Shown here piece after piece: positions 27,465 to 36,457 of a stretch of DNA of 37,128 nucleotides (the stretch's first letter is position 1; every line of letters starts with the position of its first letter). The stretch is from Capsulimonadales bacterium (GTDB lineage Bacteria; Armatimonadota; Armatimonadia; Armatimonadales; Armatimonadaceae): the NCBI GenBank assembly GCA_033762295.1, contig JANRLW010000007.1:1-37128 (forward strand), read 5' to 3'. Both the position numbers and the translations under genes were made by a program. The notes below the pieces were generated by a model that had not been told where the DNA came from, searched no databases, and worked only from the letters and a program-made list of their open reading frames with translations.

Positions 27465-28796
27465 TTATTCCGGATTCCGTCGGCCTTCTCCTGCCTGCCC
27501 GTCGGATCGCCCGTTGCCGGCCACGTACGGAATCACATACGGCCCCTTCGGCAGGACGGCGATTCGGGCATCCGGCCCGTGGATGGCGAGCGCGGCCTCG
27601 ACGGCGCGTTCCACCGACTCGGCCGGGGTCACATGCAATTGACCGAGTAGATCGGAGGGAATGCCTTCGCAGAACATGCGGACCTCGTGGAACCGCGTCG
27701 CTCGCGCCAGTTCCTCCGCCTGCCACTGATCCGGAAACGGCACATGATCGGGTCTCTGCAAATTCTCCACCAGACCTTGCAGATCGCGCGTCTCGAGCAG
27801 ACACCGGCGAAAATGCGGGCCGCCGATCCCCTCCGTACAGGCCGCCGCGATAATGATGGTTCCGCCCCGGCGAACGATCGGAAGCGCACCCACCATCCCT
27901 TTCACCGCCTGATAGAACGTGGCGTCGAGCGGAGCGCCCGCTCCGGTCGTGATCGCGATATCGACCGGCTCCGGGACCGACACCCGGACGTGCCGGGCCG
28001 CGAACTCCACCCCGGCGTTCCAGGCCGCCTCCAGTTCTCCCGCGAACACGCCGGTGATCTTCTTCTCGGCATCGAGGGTCACATCCACGATCAGATCGGG
28101 CGGACAGAGACGCGCGATCAGGGTATTCTCCTCATGCACCGGGTTCCCGACCGTGATACCGGCCGTGGCGTTCGGATGTTCGAGGAAACGCGGGCTGTGC
28201 CACGCCTGCACCGTTTCCAATCCGGCGATTCCGGGCATGATCAGCTTTCGGCCGCCGCTGTAGCCAGCCATGAAGTGCGGTTCGATCAGTCCGACCGTGA
28301 TTCGGAGGTCGGCTTCCGTGTAATGGCGGTTCAACCGGACCGGCACCCCGTTCGGCGTGGTTCCGAAATCGCGCAAAGCGGAGAAATCCGTACTGTCGTG
28401 GTTGACGATACGAACGCCGGTGGCGAATTCCGCGCCGACCAGTTCGACCAGTTCCTCGCCGACATTCGGACGATGCGTTCCGGTCGCGATCAGAATCGTC
28501 AGGTTGTTGCGGGGAATTCCGCCGACCGCCAGTTCCTCCGCGATCGCCGGTAAAAGAAGGGCGTTCGGAACCGGACGGGTGATATCGCAGATCACGATAC
28601 AGACCTGCCCACCCGACCTTTCCCGCGCGATCTCGGCCAGCGGTCGTGTGCCGATCGGGGCGCGTAACGCCGACCGGATGGCGTCGTCCGGATCGGCCAG
28701 ACGGGGAGCCGGTGTCTGGGTCAGTACACCGACCACGTTCCGGTCCGGGAGATCGACCGGGAGTCCGTCCCGTCCGTAATCCAGGGTGACACGCAT
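27465..28796 (-). CDS. larA: Nickel-pincer lactate racemase family protein
   Basis: DITRPVP, ATGTHR, NHD, EPHFMAGYSGGRK, WH, YQAVKG. Confidence 0.9.
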   Translation of the reverse strand: MRVTLDYGRDGLPVDLPDRNVVGVLTQTPAPRLADPDDAIRSALRAPIGTRPLAEIARERSGGQVCIVICDITRPVPNALLLPAIAEELAVGGIPRNNLTILIATGTHRPNVGEELVELVGAEFATGVRIVNHDSTDFSALRDFGTTPNGVPVRLNRHYTEADLRITVGLIEPHFMAGYSGGRKLIMPGIAGLETVQAWHSPRFLEHPNATAGITVGNPVHEENTLIARLCPPDLIVDVTLDAEKKITGVFAGELEAAWNAGVEFAARHVRVSVPEPVDIAITTGAGAPLDATFYQAVKGMVGALPIVRRGGTIIIAAACTEGIGGPHFRRCLLETRDLQGLVENLQRPDHVPFPDQWQAEELARATRFHEVRMFCEGIPSDLLGQLHVTPAESVERAVEAALAIHGPDARIAVLPKGPYVIPYVAGNGRSDGQAGEGRRNPE

Positions 28797-28799
28797 CGC

Positions 28800-29399
28800 T
28801 TACCCGCGCGACCGCTCCAGCAGCACCAGCATAAACAGCCCGAGGAGGGCGCGATCCTGTTCGTCGTCACGGATCTCCCCTTCCCTCTCGATCACAAAAC
28901 GCCGACCGACCATCGAGGGCATCTTCTTCAGTCGGAGAACGATCGGTCCGTTCTCGTCGCCCCGCTTCAAAAGATATGCCGGGTTGAGGAGGTAATTGTG
29001 AAAAAGGCTTACCACCGGCACTTCGCTGAGGAGCGCATCGGCCACTTTGATCCAGGGATTGGCTTCCGTAATCGTGAAGACCGGGGTTTCGCTCCCCGTT
29101 CCGTCAAAAACATCGTAATGCGCTCGCCAGAGCGAACGGACGCCGTGACGCCGGACGGCGCCGATGGATCGACCTTCCGGGTCCGTGAACTCATACCGGG
29201 CGGAAAAATCGAAGATCTTGTTCGCTTTGATACGGTATAACTGCCGGGTCGACGTTTCATCGGCGAAAATCGTAATGTCCTCCCTGAGGGAAAACGCCTT
29301 TTGTTTGACATAAGCAACGGAACGGCCGAGTCCGTCGGTGATATTCACCTGACTGCTGATCGCAAAGATTCGAAAGGTTAAATCCAGCGGATAGTGCAT
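28800..29399 (-). CDS. Hypothetical protein, LURP-one/scramblase (tubby-C)-like
   Basis: YVKQKAFSLREDITIF, FDFSARYEF, RSLWRAHY pattern; AAGGAG SD. Confidence 0.7.
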   Translation of the reverse strand: MHYPLDLTFRIFAISSQVNITDGLGRSVAYVKQKAFSLREDITIFADETSTRQLYRIKANKIFDFSARYEFTDPEGRSIGAVRRHGVRSLWRAHYDVFDGTGSETPVFTITEANPWIKVADALLSEVPVVSLFHNYLLNPAYLLKRGDENGPIVLRLKKMPSMVGRRFVIEREGEIRDDEQDRALLGLFMLVLLERSRG

Positions 29400-29588
29400 C
29401 GCGTTACTCCTTGAAGTCTCCGGCGAGGAAGACTCTTTATCGTCGGACGGAACAATTCTCCCGTTTGGAAGGCACTAAACCCCATCTCCAAACGTATAAG
29501 TAAGCGTGGGGAACGGGAGAATCACTTCTTATCCCGCCCTGTCACTCATCATTCTTTCGTTCATCGGTTAGAAACGGAAATTGTTCTC

Positions 29589-29831
29589 ATGTATGATGTT
29601 TCCAACACCACCGTCCTCGAGGACGGACCGCGCTGGTGTCCGGTCTGCGCGGTCGTACTCAAGCCGTTCGAACGCAACGGTGTCGAAATGGACTTCTGCC
29701 CTCAGTGTCTGGGGGTCTGGCTCGATCAGGGCGAACTGGACGTTCTGATCCGCCGTTCGGTCACCATTCAGGTCGCGGAACCGTCGTCCTTGCCCCCGGT
29801 CAAGCCGCCGTTCGCATTCTGCGCTCCCTGA
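29589..29831 (+). CDS. zf-TFIIB zinc-ribbon protein
   Basis: CPVC..GVEMDFCPQCLGVWLDQGEL. Confidence 0.85.
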   Translation: MYDVSNTTVLEDGPRWCPVCAVVLKPFERNGVEMDFCPQCLGVWLDQGELDVLIRRSVTIQVAEPSSLPPVKPPFAFCAP

Positions 29832-29843
29832 TCGTCATCGTCG

Positions 29844-32045
29844 TCAACGTAGAAACGCCTCGGTCAGTCCGGCGTCCACCGGAAGCACCTGCCCGGTCAT
29901 CAGGCCCGTCCGTTTCTCGGATGCCAGCAGGAACACCGCTTCCGCCACCGCCGCCGGAGTGACCCGGCGCTTCAACAGCGACCGTTCGGCGTAAAACGCC
30001 GCCAGTTTCGCTCGCAACTCCTCCGTGGTTTCCGATTCGTCGAACGCGATCCGATACTTCGCCAGCGACGACAGCACCCGCTCGCGCGGGAACTGCAGGG
30101 AGCCTTCCACGACCGAGGCCGGCGCGACGCCGTTGACCCGGATTCCCGCATCGCCCGCCTCCACCGCCAGTTCCCGGACCAGGTGGTTCAACGCCGCCTT
30201 GCTGGTATCATAGGCGAAGCTTCCTTTTTTCGCGACCACGGCGTTCGCGGACGAGATCAGAACGACGCTTCCGCCATTTCCGGATACCCGCATCGTCCGG
30301 ATCGCCTCATCCGCCGGAACATAGGACCCCAGGAGGTTGACGTCGAACGTCTTTCGCCACTGATCTTCCGTGATCCGTCCGTCCTCGTCCGGCGCGAAAA
30401 AGACCGCGGCAACGCAGACCAGCAGGTCCACTCCGCCGAAATGCGCGACCGCCGCTTCCATCAAACGTCGCACCGAAGCCCTCTCGGTGCAGTCCGCCAC
30501 CGCCGCGATCGCCGTCTCCGGGCCGAACTGTCGGTTCAACTCGTCGGACGCCTGATCGGCAAATTCAGGTTTCAGGTCGCCGCAAACCACGTGAGCGCCC
30601 TCGGCGGCCAGTCGGGTCGCGATCGCCATCCCGATCCCCGATCCGACACCGATGACAACCGCGATCCGGCGAGACAACTCCTTCTCCGGCGGCATCCGCT
30701 GAAGTTTCGCCTCCTCCAGCGACCAGTACTCGATCCGAAACGCCTCGTTCGGGGGAAGCGCGACGTAATTCTCGGTGACGGACCCGGCCGCCTGACCCGG
30801 TCCTACCTGCGGCGGGGGATCGGTCGGCGGAGCGAGGTCGGCAAGAGTCGTCGCGCCCTCCATGACGTGGATGGCGTTGAGGTAGAACTCTCCGGTGATT
30901 CTCGCCTCGGTTTTGTTCTTTCCGAAGGAGAACATACCGACCCCCGGCACCAGCACCACGGTCGGTTCCGGGGATCGCATGGCCGGAGAATCGTCGGCCC
31001 GGTTCTCCTCGTAGTACCGGGCGTACGCGGCGCGATACTCCGGAAATCCGGCGGATGCGGCCGCAATCAGGGTGTCGGCATCACCGGACGCGGCATCCCA
31101 CTCCACCAGCATCGGGCGTACCTTGGTCCGCACGAAATGGTCCGGACAACTTGTTCCCTGCCAGGCAAGCTCCTTTGCCTGCGCGCTTCCGACAAACCGC
31201 AGGGTTTCCGGGTCGTCGGAAAAATGCCCGATGATCGCCCCCTGACGGATCTGGCGTCGAAGAGCGGGCATCAGACGTAGCGCCAGTTCCCGGCGGTCGG
31301 CGCGATCCTCGACGACCCGCCCACCGAACAGTGCGGTTCCCCGCGCCTCCACCCGCGGCACGACGAACCTGCCGATGGCGTCGAGTACCCGGAGGGTGTT
31401 CGTGTACGATTCCCGCGACGTCCGTCCCCAGGTAAACAGCCCGTGCGACCCGAGCAGAATGCCGTCAGCGTCGGGGTTTTCGGCGGCCGCCTCCTCGAGT
31501 CGAAGTCCGAGTTCGAATCCCGGTCGTTTCCAGGGCAGCCAGACCAGTTTGATCCCGGATTCGTCGCGCAGTCGTTCCGTCAGGCCGAGACCATTCGCCG
31601 ATGCCGCGAGCGAAATCGCCCAGTCGGGGTGCAGATGATCGACGTGGGGAAAGGGCAGGAACGCGTGCAACGGCGTATCGATCGATGGGGCGGTGCGGTG
31701 GTTACCGAACGCGCAAAGCGGATACAGCGCGACCATCTCGTCCTCGAATTCCGCTCCGCGATACCGGGATTTCAACGAGTCGAGCGCGGTCCGGTACAGT
31801 CGGGCGAACCCTTCGCGACGAATGGTGCCCAGGTCGCCTCCGCTCCCTTTGACCCACAGTACGTTTACCGTTTCTCCCGTTAGCGGGTCCGGCATATCGA
31901 TCTTCGCGGACGTGTTTCCACCCCCGAAGTTGGTGAGACGGCGATCGGAACCGAGCAGATTGGACCGGTAGCGCAGTTGTTCGGGTTCGTCCATCCCGGC
32001 TACGATCGTGTCATCCCAGAGGTCGGTGAGATACTGTAACGGCAT
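29844..32045 (-). CDS. Bifunctional rhamnulose-1-phosphate aldolase / short-chain dehydrogenase (RhaEW/YuxG-like)
   Basis: YRSNLLG..TNFGGGNTSAK, PSIDTPLH, HVDHLHPD, CPDHF, EYWSLEEAKL, GVGSGIG, YDTSK; start ATG 32045. Confidence 0.93.
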   Translation of the reverse strand: MPLQYLTDLWDDTIVAGMDEPEQLRYRSNLLGSDRRLTNFGGGNTSAKIDMPDPLTGETVNVLWVKGSGGDLGTIRREGFARLYRTALDSLKSRYRGAEFEDEMVALYPLCAFGNHRTAPSIDTPLHAFLPFPHVDHLHPDWAISLAASANGLGLTERLRDESGIKLVWLPWKRPGFELGLRLEEAAAENPDADGILLGSHGLFTWGRTSRESYTNTLRVLDAIGRFVVPRVEARGTALFGGRVVEDRADRRELALRLMPALRRQIRQGAIIGHFSDDPETLRFVGSAQAKELAWQGTSCPDHFVRTKVRPMLVEWDAASGDADTLIAAASAGFPEYRAAYARYYEENRADDSPAMRSPEPTVVLVPGVGMFSFGKNKTEARITGEFYLNAIHVMEGATTLADLAPPTDPPPQVGPGQAAGSVTENYVALPPNEAFRIEYWSLEEAKLQRMPPEKELSRRIAVVIGVGSGIGMAIATRLAAEGAHVVCGDLKPEFADQASDELNRQFGPETAIAAVADCTERASVRRLMEAAVAHFGGVDLLVCVAAVFFAPDEDGRITEDQWRKTFDVNLLGSYVPADEAIRTMRVSGNGGSVVLISSANAVVAKKGSFAYDTSKAALNHLVRELAVEAGDAGIRVNGVAPASVVEGSLQFPRERVLSSLAKYRIAFDESETTEELRAKLAAFYAERSLLKRRVTPAAVAEAVFLLASEKRTGLMTGQVLPVDAGLTEAFLR

Positions 32046-32236
32046 AACTTCCCCCACTCAAACCGGTGCTGTCGCCACGGCGACTGTCGAAAATTTCATA
32101 GAACACCCCCAATCGGGGAGACGTCTTGTCCGCAGAGAGATTCACCGGGGGGAAAGTCCTGACCTCCCCTTCGCGGCCGTTTTCCGGGATTTCGTAAATG
32201 GGGACGGCCGGTCCGGTAACGAAATCGGAGACAACT

Positions 32237-32863
32237 ATGAGCCGAAATACATTTGTCACCCTCTGGGCGTTTGCCGCCTCCCTGGCGCTCCTATTGTCGC
32301 TTCTGCCCGGCGTTCACGCGAACGCCGATTCGTCCGTGACACCGCCGACCCCGAATCTGCCGCTGCGCACGATCGACGGGTTCGAGGTGCCGTATTCCCG
32401 GTTTCAGGGGAAAGTGCTGCTGATCGTCAATACGGCGTCCCAGAGCGGATACACCCCGCAATATGCCGGATTGGAAAAACTGTATGCCCGTTTCAAGAAC
32501 CAGGGGCTGGAAATCCTCGCGTTTCCGACCAATGATTTCGGCGGCGAGGAACCCGGCAGCAGCGCCGAAATTCGAACCTTTGCGACCATGAACTACGGCG
32601 TTTCGTTCCCGTTGTTCGCCAAAGTCAACCTGAAAGGCCCCGAGGCGTCGCCGCTTTTCGCTTACCTTACCAGCAAGGAGGCCAACCCGGAAATCGCGGG
32701 ACCGATCACCGATAGTTTCACCAAGTTTCTGGTGAGTCGCGACGGCCGGGTCCTGGCCCGGTTCGCTCCGGGCGATGCGCCGCTCTCGCCCGAAGTCGTT
32801 GCGGCCGTCGAGGCGGCGCTCAATCGGAACGCCCCCTTCAAACTGGCGAAACGGCCCCGCTGA
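32237..32863 (+). CDS. Glutathione peroxidase homologue, secreted, catalytic residues replaced
   Basis: GKVLLIVNTASQSGYTPQY, AFPTNDFGGEEPG, ITDSFTKFLV; signal peptide; no Cys; GGAG SD before ATG 32237. Confidence 0.9.
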   Translation: MSRNTFVTLWAFAASLALLLSLLPGVHANADSSVTPPTPNLPLRTIDGFEVPYSRFQGKVLLIVNTASQSGYTPQYAGLEKLYARFKNQGLEILAFPTNDFGGEEPGSSAEIRTFATMNYGVSFPLFAKVNLKGPEASPLFAYLTSKEANPEIAGPITDSFTKFLVSRDGRVLARFAPGDAPLSPEVVAAVEAALNRNAPFKLAKRPR

Positions 32864-32964
32864 CGATAACACCACCCACCCGCGCGGGGCAAACGACCGG
32901 GAACCGGGAGGCCCTTCGGACGTTTCTCTAAGGAGAAGAAAAACTCCAAGGAGAAACGCCCGTA

Positions 32965-33543
32965 ATGGTCTCCCGCCTGATTTCCGGACTCCTTCTCATC
33001 GCCGCGTCGGTCCTGATGGTCGGTTCCCTCGAACCCGCCGAGGCCGGTCCTCCCCGTGGGCCGCTCGATTTTTCGGCAAAGAACATCGATGGCAAGGAAG
33101 TACCCCTCGCGCGCTACCGTGGGAATGTCGTCGTCATCGTCAACACCGCCTCCCGCTGCGGATACACCCCGCAATATGCCTCGCTGGAAAAACTGTACGG
33201 CAAGTACAAAAACCAGGGCTTGCGGATTCTGGCCTTCCCGTCCAACGATTTCGGTCAGCAGGAACCGGGGAGCGAGTCGGACATCAAGCAGTTCTGCGCC
33301 CTTAACTACAAAACGTCCTTCGACCTCTTCTCCAAGGTCGTCACCAACGGACCGAACGCCGCGCCTCTGTACCGGTGGCTGACCGGCAAGGAGACCAACG
33401 GAAAGTTCGCCGGCGATATCGCCTGGAACTTCACCAAGTTCGTGGTGGACAAAAAGGGCAACGTCATCGCCCGGTTCCCCTCGAACATCGATCCGATGTC
33501 TCCCGAGTTCGAAAAAGCCGTTCAGGCCGCGCTCAAAGGCTGA
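32965..33543 (+). CDS. Glutathione peroxidase family (Cys-GPx), secreted
   Basis: VNTASRCGYTPQY, FPSNDFGQQEPG, FC resolving Cys, WNFTKF; signal peptide. Confidence 0.95.
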   Translation: MVSRLISGLLLIAASVLMVGSLEPAEAGPPRGPLDFSAKNIDGKEVPLARYRGNVVVIVNTASRCGYTPQYASLEKLYGKYKNQGLRILAFPSNDFGQQEPGSESDIKQFCALNYKTSFDLFSKVVTNGPNAAPLYRWLTGKETNGKFAGDIAWNFTKFVVDKKGNVIARFPSNIDPMSPEFEKAVQAALKG

Positions 33544-33566
33544 CCCGGTTCCCCTACTTTCCCTTA

Positions 33567-33602
33567 CCGCCACGGGCAGTCGGATGGCTGCCCGGTTGGC
33601 GT
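33567..33602 (+). terminator. GC-rich hairpin after gpx pair
   Basis: CGCCA-CGGGCAG..CTGCCCG-GT-TGGCG stem; no clear U tract. Confidence 0.4.
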
Positions 33603-33666
33603 CACCGATGGTTTCCGGTATGATAGGCCGTTGCTCGCGCACGTCACCCCACCGAGGAAACCGCCC

Positions 33667-33948
33667 ATGATTCGACCCGTCTCGTTACGATTCCCCTTAC
33701 ATTCCCGGCTTGTCGCCCTTTCGGCGCTGGCGATTCCGCTCGTCTCCGGTTGTCCTTCCGCCGACCCGGCGGCGACCACCCGAAGCGCGTCGCCCGACAA
33801 ACGCTGGGAGGATTTCAAAAAGGGCAATGCCCGCGAGGTCGAGACCGCGCAGTCGGCGTACGAACGACGACAGGAACAGCTTGCCGCCAAACGTCGACAG
33901 GCCGCCGGCGGAACGGCGCCGTCGCCGGAAGCCGAAAAAAAACCCTGA
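33667..33948 (+). CDS. Small lipoprotein
   Basis: GAGGA SD; LVALSALAIPLVSG-C lipobox; short charged helical body. Confidence 0.65.
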   Translation: MIRPVSLRFPLHSRLVALSALAIPLVSGCPSADPAATTRSASPDKRWEDFKKGNAREVETAQSAYERRQEQLAAKRRQAAGGTAPSPEAEKKP

Positions 33949-33960
33949 TTCGCCTTTTTC

Positions 33961-33989
33961 TTGACAGCTTTTGAAATCAAGGCTATTAT
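33961..33989 (+). promoter_or_regulatory. Sigma70 promoter of LacI operon
   Basis: TTGACA-17 nt-TATTAT. Confidence 0.85.
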
Positions 33990-33998
33990 CAAACCACG

Positions 33999-34027
33999 AC
34001 TGAACCGATTTAGTGAATCCGTTCAGT
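33999..34027. promoter_or_regulatory. Two overlapping LacI-type operators
   Basis: ACTGAACCGATTTAGT (33999-34014) and AGTGAATCCGTTCAGT (34012-34027), imperfect palindromes just downstream of the predicted TSS. Confidence 0.7.
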
Positions 34028-34062
34028 GATGTTCTCAGGCAAAGGCGATCGCAACGAACGCG

Positions 34063-35097
34063 ATGCGGATTACGATCAAAGACGTGGCAAAGCAGGCCCG
34101 TGTCTCTCCGGCAACGGTGTCGCTGGTGCTGAATAACGCTCCGGGAGTCTCCGCGATGACGCGCGAAAAGGTTCTGCGCGTCATTGCGGAAATCGACTAC
34201 AAGCCCGATGCGCTCGCGCGCCGCTTTTCCTCCGGACGAACCGAAGCGATCGCCCTGATCATGCCCCCGGAGATCATCTCCCTTTACGATCCCTATTTTA
34301 TGAGTCTGATCCGGGGAGCCATTGAGGCCGCACGTGATCGGGGATTCCGGATGCTCCTCGAACTGGCCGACGCCCGATTCATGGAACAGCGGATCTGGGA
34401 AGACCTTTTCCGCAAGAAATACGTCGATGGACTTGTGATCGCAACCCCCTTCCTCGATCAGGAATATCTGAGCGAGATCCCGCGCGCAGGGTTTCAGGCG
34501 ATCCTGGTGAACGGCGACCGGTCCGATATCCCCGAACTCGATTACGTCGGCTACGATGATGTCCGGTGCGGTTTCGAAGCGACCTACTATCTGATCGGGC
34601 TGGGTCACCGGCGAATCGCCCATTTCGCCGGACCGACCAATCAGGCGTCGGCGCTCAAACGCTTCGAGGGGTTCCGACAGGCGCTGGAGCGGGCGCGCAT
34701 CCCGTTCCGACCCGAAGACATCTATCCCGGAGACTATATGTCGGAAATGGCAGCGGCGGCGATGCGCCGGATGCTGAGTCGCCCGACCGAGGACCGCCCC
34801 ACCGCTATTTTCGCTGCGAATGACACGACCGCGCTCGGAGCGATGGAGGTCGCGAAGTCGGCGGGGCTGGCCGTTCCGGAACACATTTCGATCATCGGTG
34901 TCGACGACACGGGCGCTGCGGCGCTGGCACAGCCCGGTCTCACCACCATGCGGCAGGATATCCATGCCCTCACGTATCGCGCCGTCTGCCGCTTCCTTCG
35001 CAAACTGGAGGAGCGCGCGCCGGAACGCATTCATGAACGGTCCCCGATGACGCTGATAGAACGGGGTTCCTGCGCCCCACCCGAAGGAAGGAGGTAA
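34063..35097 (+). CDS. LacI family transcriptional regulator
   Basis: ITIKDVAKQARVSPATVSLVLN HTH; LGHRRIA, AIFAAND, VPEHISIIGVDD, LTTMRQ. Confidence 0.96.
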   Translation: MRITIKDVAKQARVSPATVSLVLNNAPGVSAMTREKVLRVIAEIDYKPDALARRFSSGRTEAIALIMPPEIISLYDPYFMSLIRGAIEAARDRGFRMLLELADARFMEQRIWEDLFRKKYVDGLVIATPFLDQEYLSEIPRAGFQAILVNGDRSDIPELDYVGYDDVRCGFEATYYLIGLGHRRIAHFAGPTNQASALKRFEGFRQALERARIPFRPEDIYPGDYMSEMAAAAMRRMLSRPTEDRPTAIFAANDTTALGAMEVAKSAGLAVPEHISIIGVDDTGAAALAQPGLTTMRQDIHALTYRAVCRFLRKLEERAPERIHERSPMTLIERGSCAPPEGRR

Positions 35098-35102
35098 CAC
35101 CG

Positions 35103-35465
35103 CTGAGCGTCCTGAGAAACTCGCCCGGTAAAACGGTTCTCCCGCTAAACCCGTTCGCCGTTCGGATTCTGATCGGAGTCGGGTTGACCGCGCTTTTCTG
35201 CCTGATTCTCTGGTTTCTGATACCGCCGCCGCCCGAAAAGCCGGTCGTCAATCGACCACCCGATCCGTTCGCCGATCCCGCTGCCGGGATGGCCCATATC
35301 CGAAAACTGGCGGAACAATACGGTGACGATTTCGAACGTCTTAGCAACGACGACCGATTGTTCCTGAACTCGATCGCGTACGGCCATGGAAGGGAGCTTC
35401 TGGCCAAGACCGCGCGAGAACTGAAAAACAAACCGTCCGGTTCGCCAACGCCGCCACAACCCTGA
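35103..35465 (+). CDS. Small single-TM protein (probable CTG start)
   Basis: AAGGAGGT SD 7 nt before CTG 35103; [21 protein letters not shown] then Pro-rich linker; alternative TTG 35184. Confidence 0.65.
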   Translation: MSVLRNSPGKTVLPLNPFAVRILIGVGLTALFCLILWFLIPPPPEKPVVNRPPDPFADPAAGMAHIRKLAEQYGDDFERLSNDDRLFLNSIAYGHGRELLAKTARELKNKPSGSPTPPQP

Positions 35466-35554
35466 CCACCGTCGAGGACGAACGTAGGAAACCGCAACCG
35501 GGTCCCCGGACCCACCATCCATCATCACCTGACTCATGTCATAGGAGAAAGTCT

Positions 35555-36457
35555 ATGTTGCCGATTCGCAACACATCCGTCAAAAAAGCCTTTACGCTGA
35601 TCGAACTGCTCGTCGTCATCGCCATTATCGCGATTCTGGCGGCCATTCTTTTCCCCGTCTTCGCCCAGGCGCGGGAAAAGGCGCGCGCCATCTCCTGTCT
35701 GTCCAACCTGAAGCAGCTTGGGATCGCCAACCAGATGTATGCACAGGATTATGACGAAACCTTTACCTGCGGCTGGGGCAACGGCCCGCAGGCGGGTTCC
35801 ATGATCTGGCGCGTCTCCCTCCTGCCCTATATCCAGAGGTACTCCGGACAGCTCGGAGACAACGGACAGGCCGCCTACGATGACACTCGTTACGGAAACA
35901 CCGGCATCCTTTCCTGCCCGGACCGACCGGCCGGTCAGGGTTACGGCCCGACCAGCTACGGCTATAACAATAGCGAACTGACCGCGCATAACGGAAACTG
36001 GACCAGTGCGGCGATCGTCGGTCAGATCAACGGCGAAGATATCTATGCCTACCCCGGCGTCTCCATGGCGGCGGTCAAGCGACCGGCCCAGATGGCGGCG
36101 TTCGCCGATTCCGGCGAAACCGGCAACGGTTCGGCCGAAGCCAACCAGCAGCTGGACCCGAACTACCTGCAGGGCGGCGGCAATAACTGCGTCGTGGCGA
36201 CCGGCGTCGGCGACTGCGGCCCCTACCAGTTCAAACCGGAAGTCTGGCAGGAACGCTGGAGCCCGGACTGGACTTTCGCGGTTCCCGGCACCACCGACCG
36301 CTGGAACCCGTTCTCCGACGGCGGACGACGCCCGGTCGCCCGACATAACGGCGGCTTCAACGTCACCTTCATAGACGGACACGCGAAGTACACCCAGGCC
36401 CGATCGCTCAATGTCCGGGTCGGCAGCCCGGAGGACATCTTCCACAACCATGACTAG
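35555..36457 (+). CDS. DUF1559 (SBP_bac_10) prepilin-type protein with H-X9-DG C-terminus
   Basis: [71 protein letters not shown]. Confidence 0.95.
   Translation: MLPIRNTSVKKAFTLIELLVVIAIIAILAAILFPVFAQAREKARAISCLSNLKQLGIANQMYAQDYDETFTCGWGNGPQAGSMIWRVSLLPYIQRYSGQLGDNGQAAYDDTRYGNTGILSCPDRPAGQGYGPTSYGYNNSELTAHNGNWTSAAIVGQINGEDIYAYPGVSMAAVKRPAQMAAFADSGETGNGSAEANQQLDPNYLQGGGNNCVVATGVGDCGPYQFKPEVWQERWSPDWTFAVPGTTDRWNPFSDGGRRPVARHNGGFNVTFIDGHAKYTQARSLNVRVGSPEDIFHNHD

Noticed and set aside
27415..27804. N-terminal extension of the fucosidase ORF
   Set aside because: Overlaps larA in another frame and has no GH29 features
32444..32446. Selenocysteine in the first GPx
   Set aside because: The codon is AGC (Ser), not TGA
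32237..33543. Link between GPx (BtuE-like) genes and the B12 riboswitch
   Set aside because: BtuE is a peroxidase not needed for B12 transport, and the loci are about 26 kb apart
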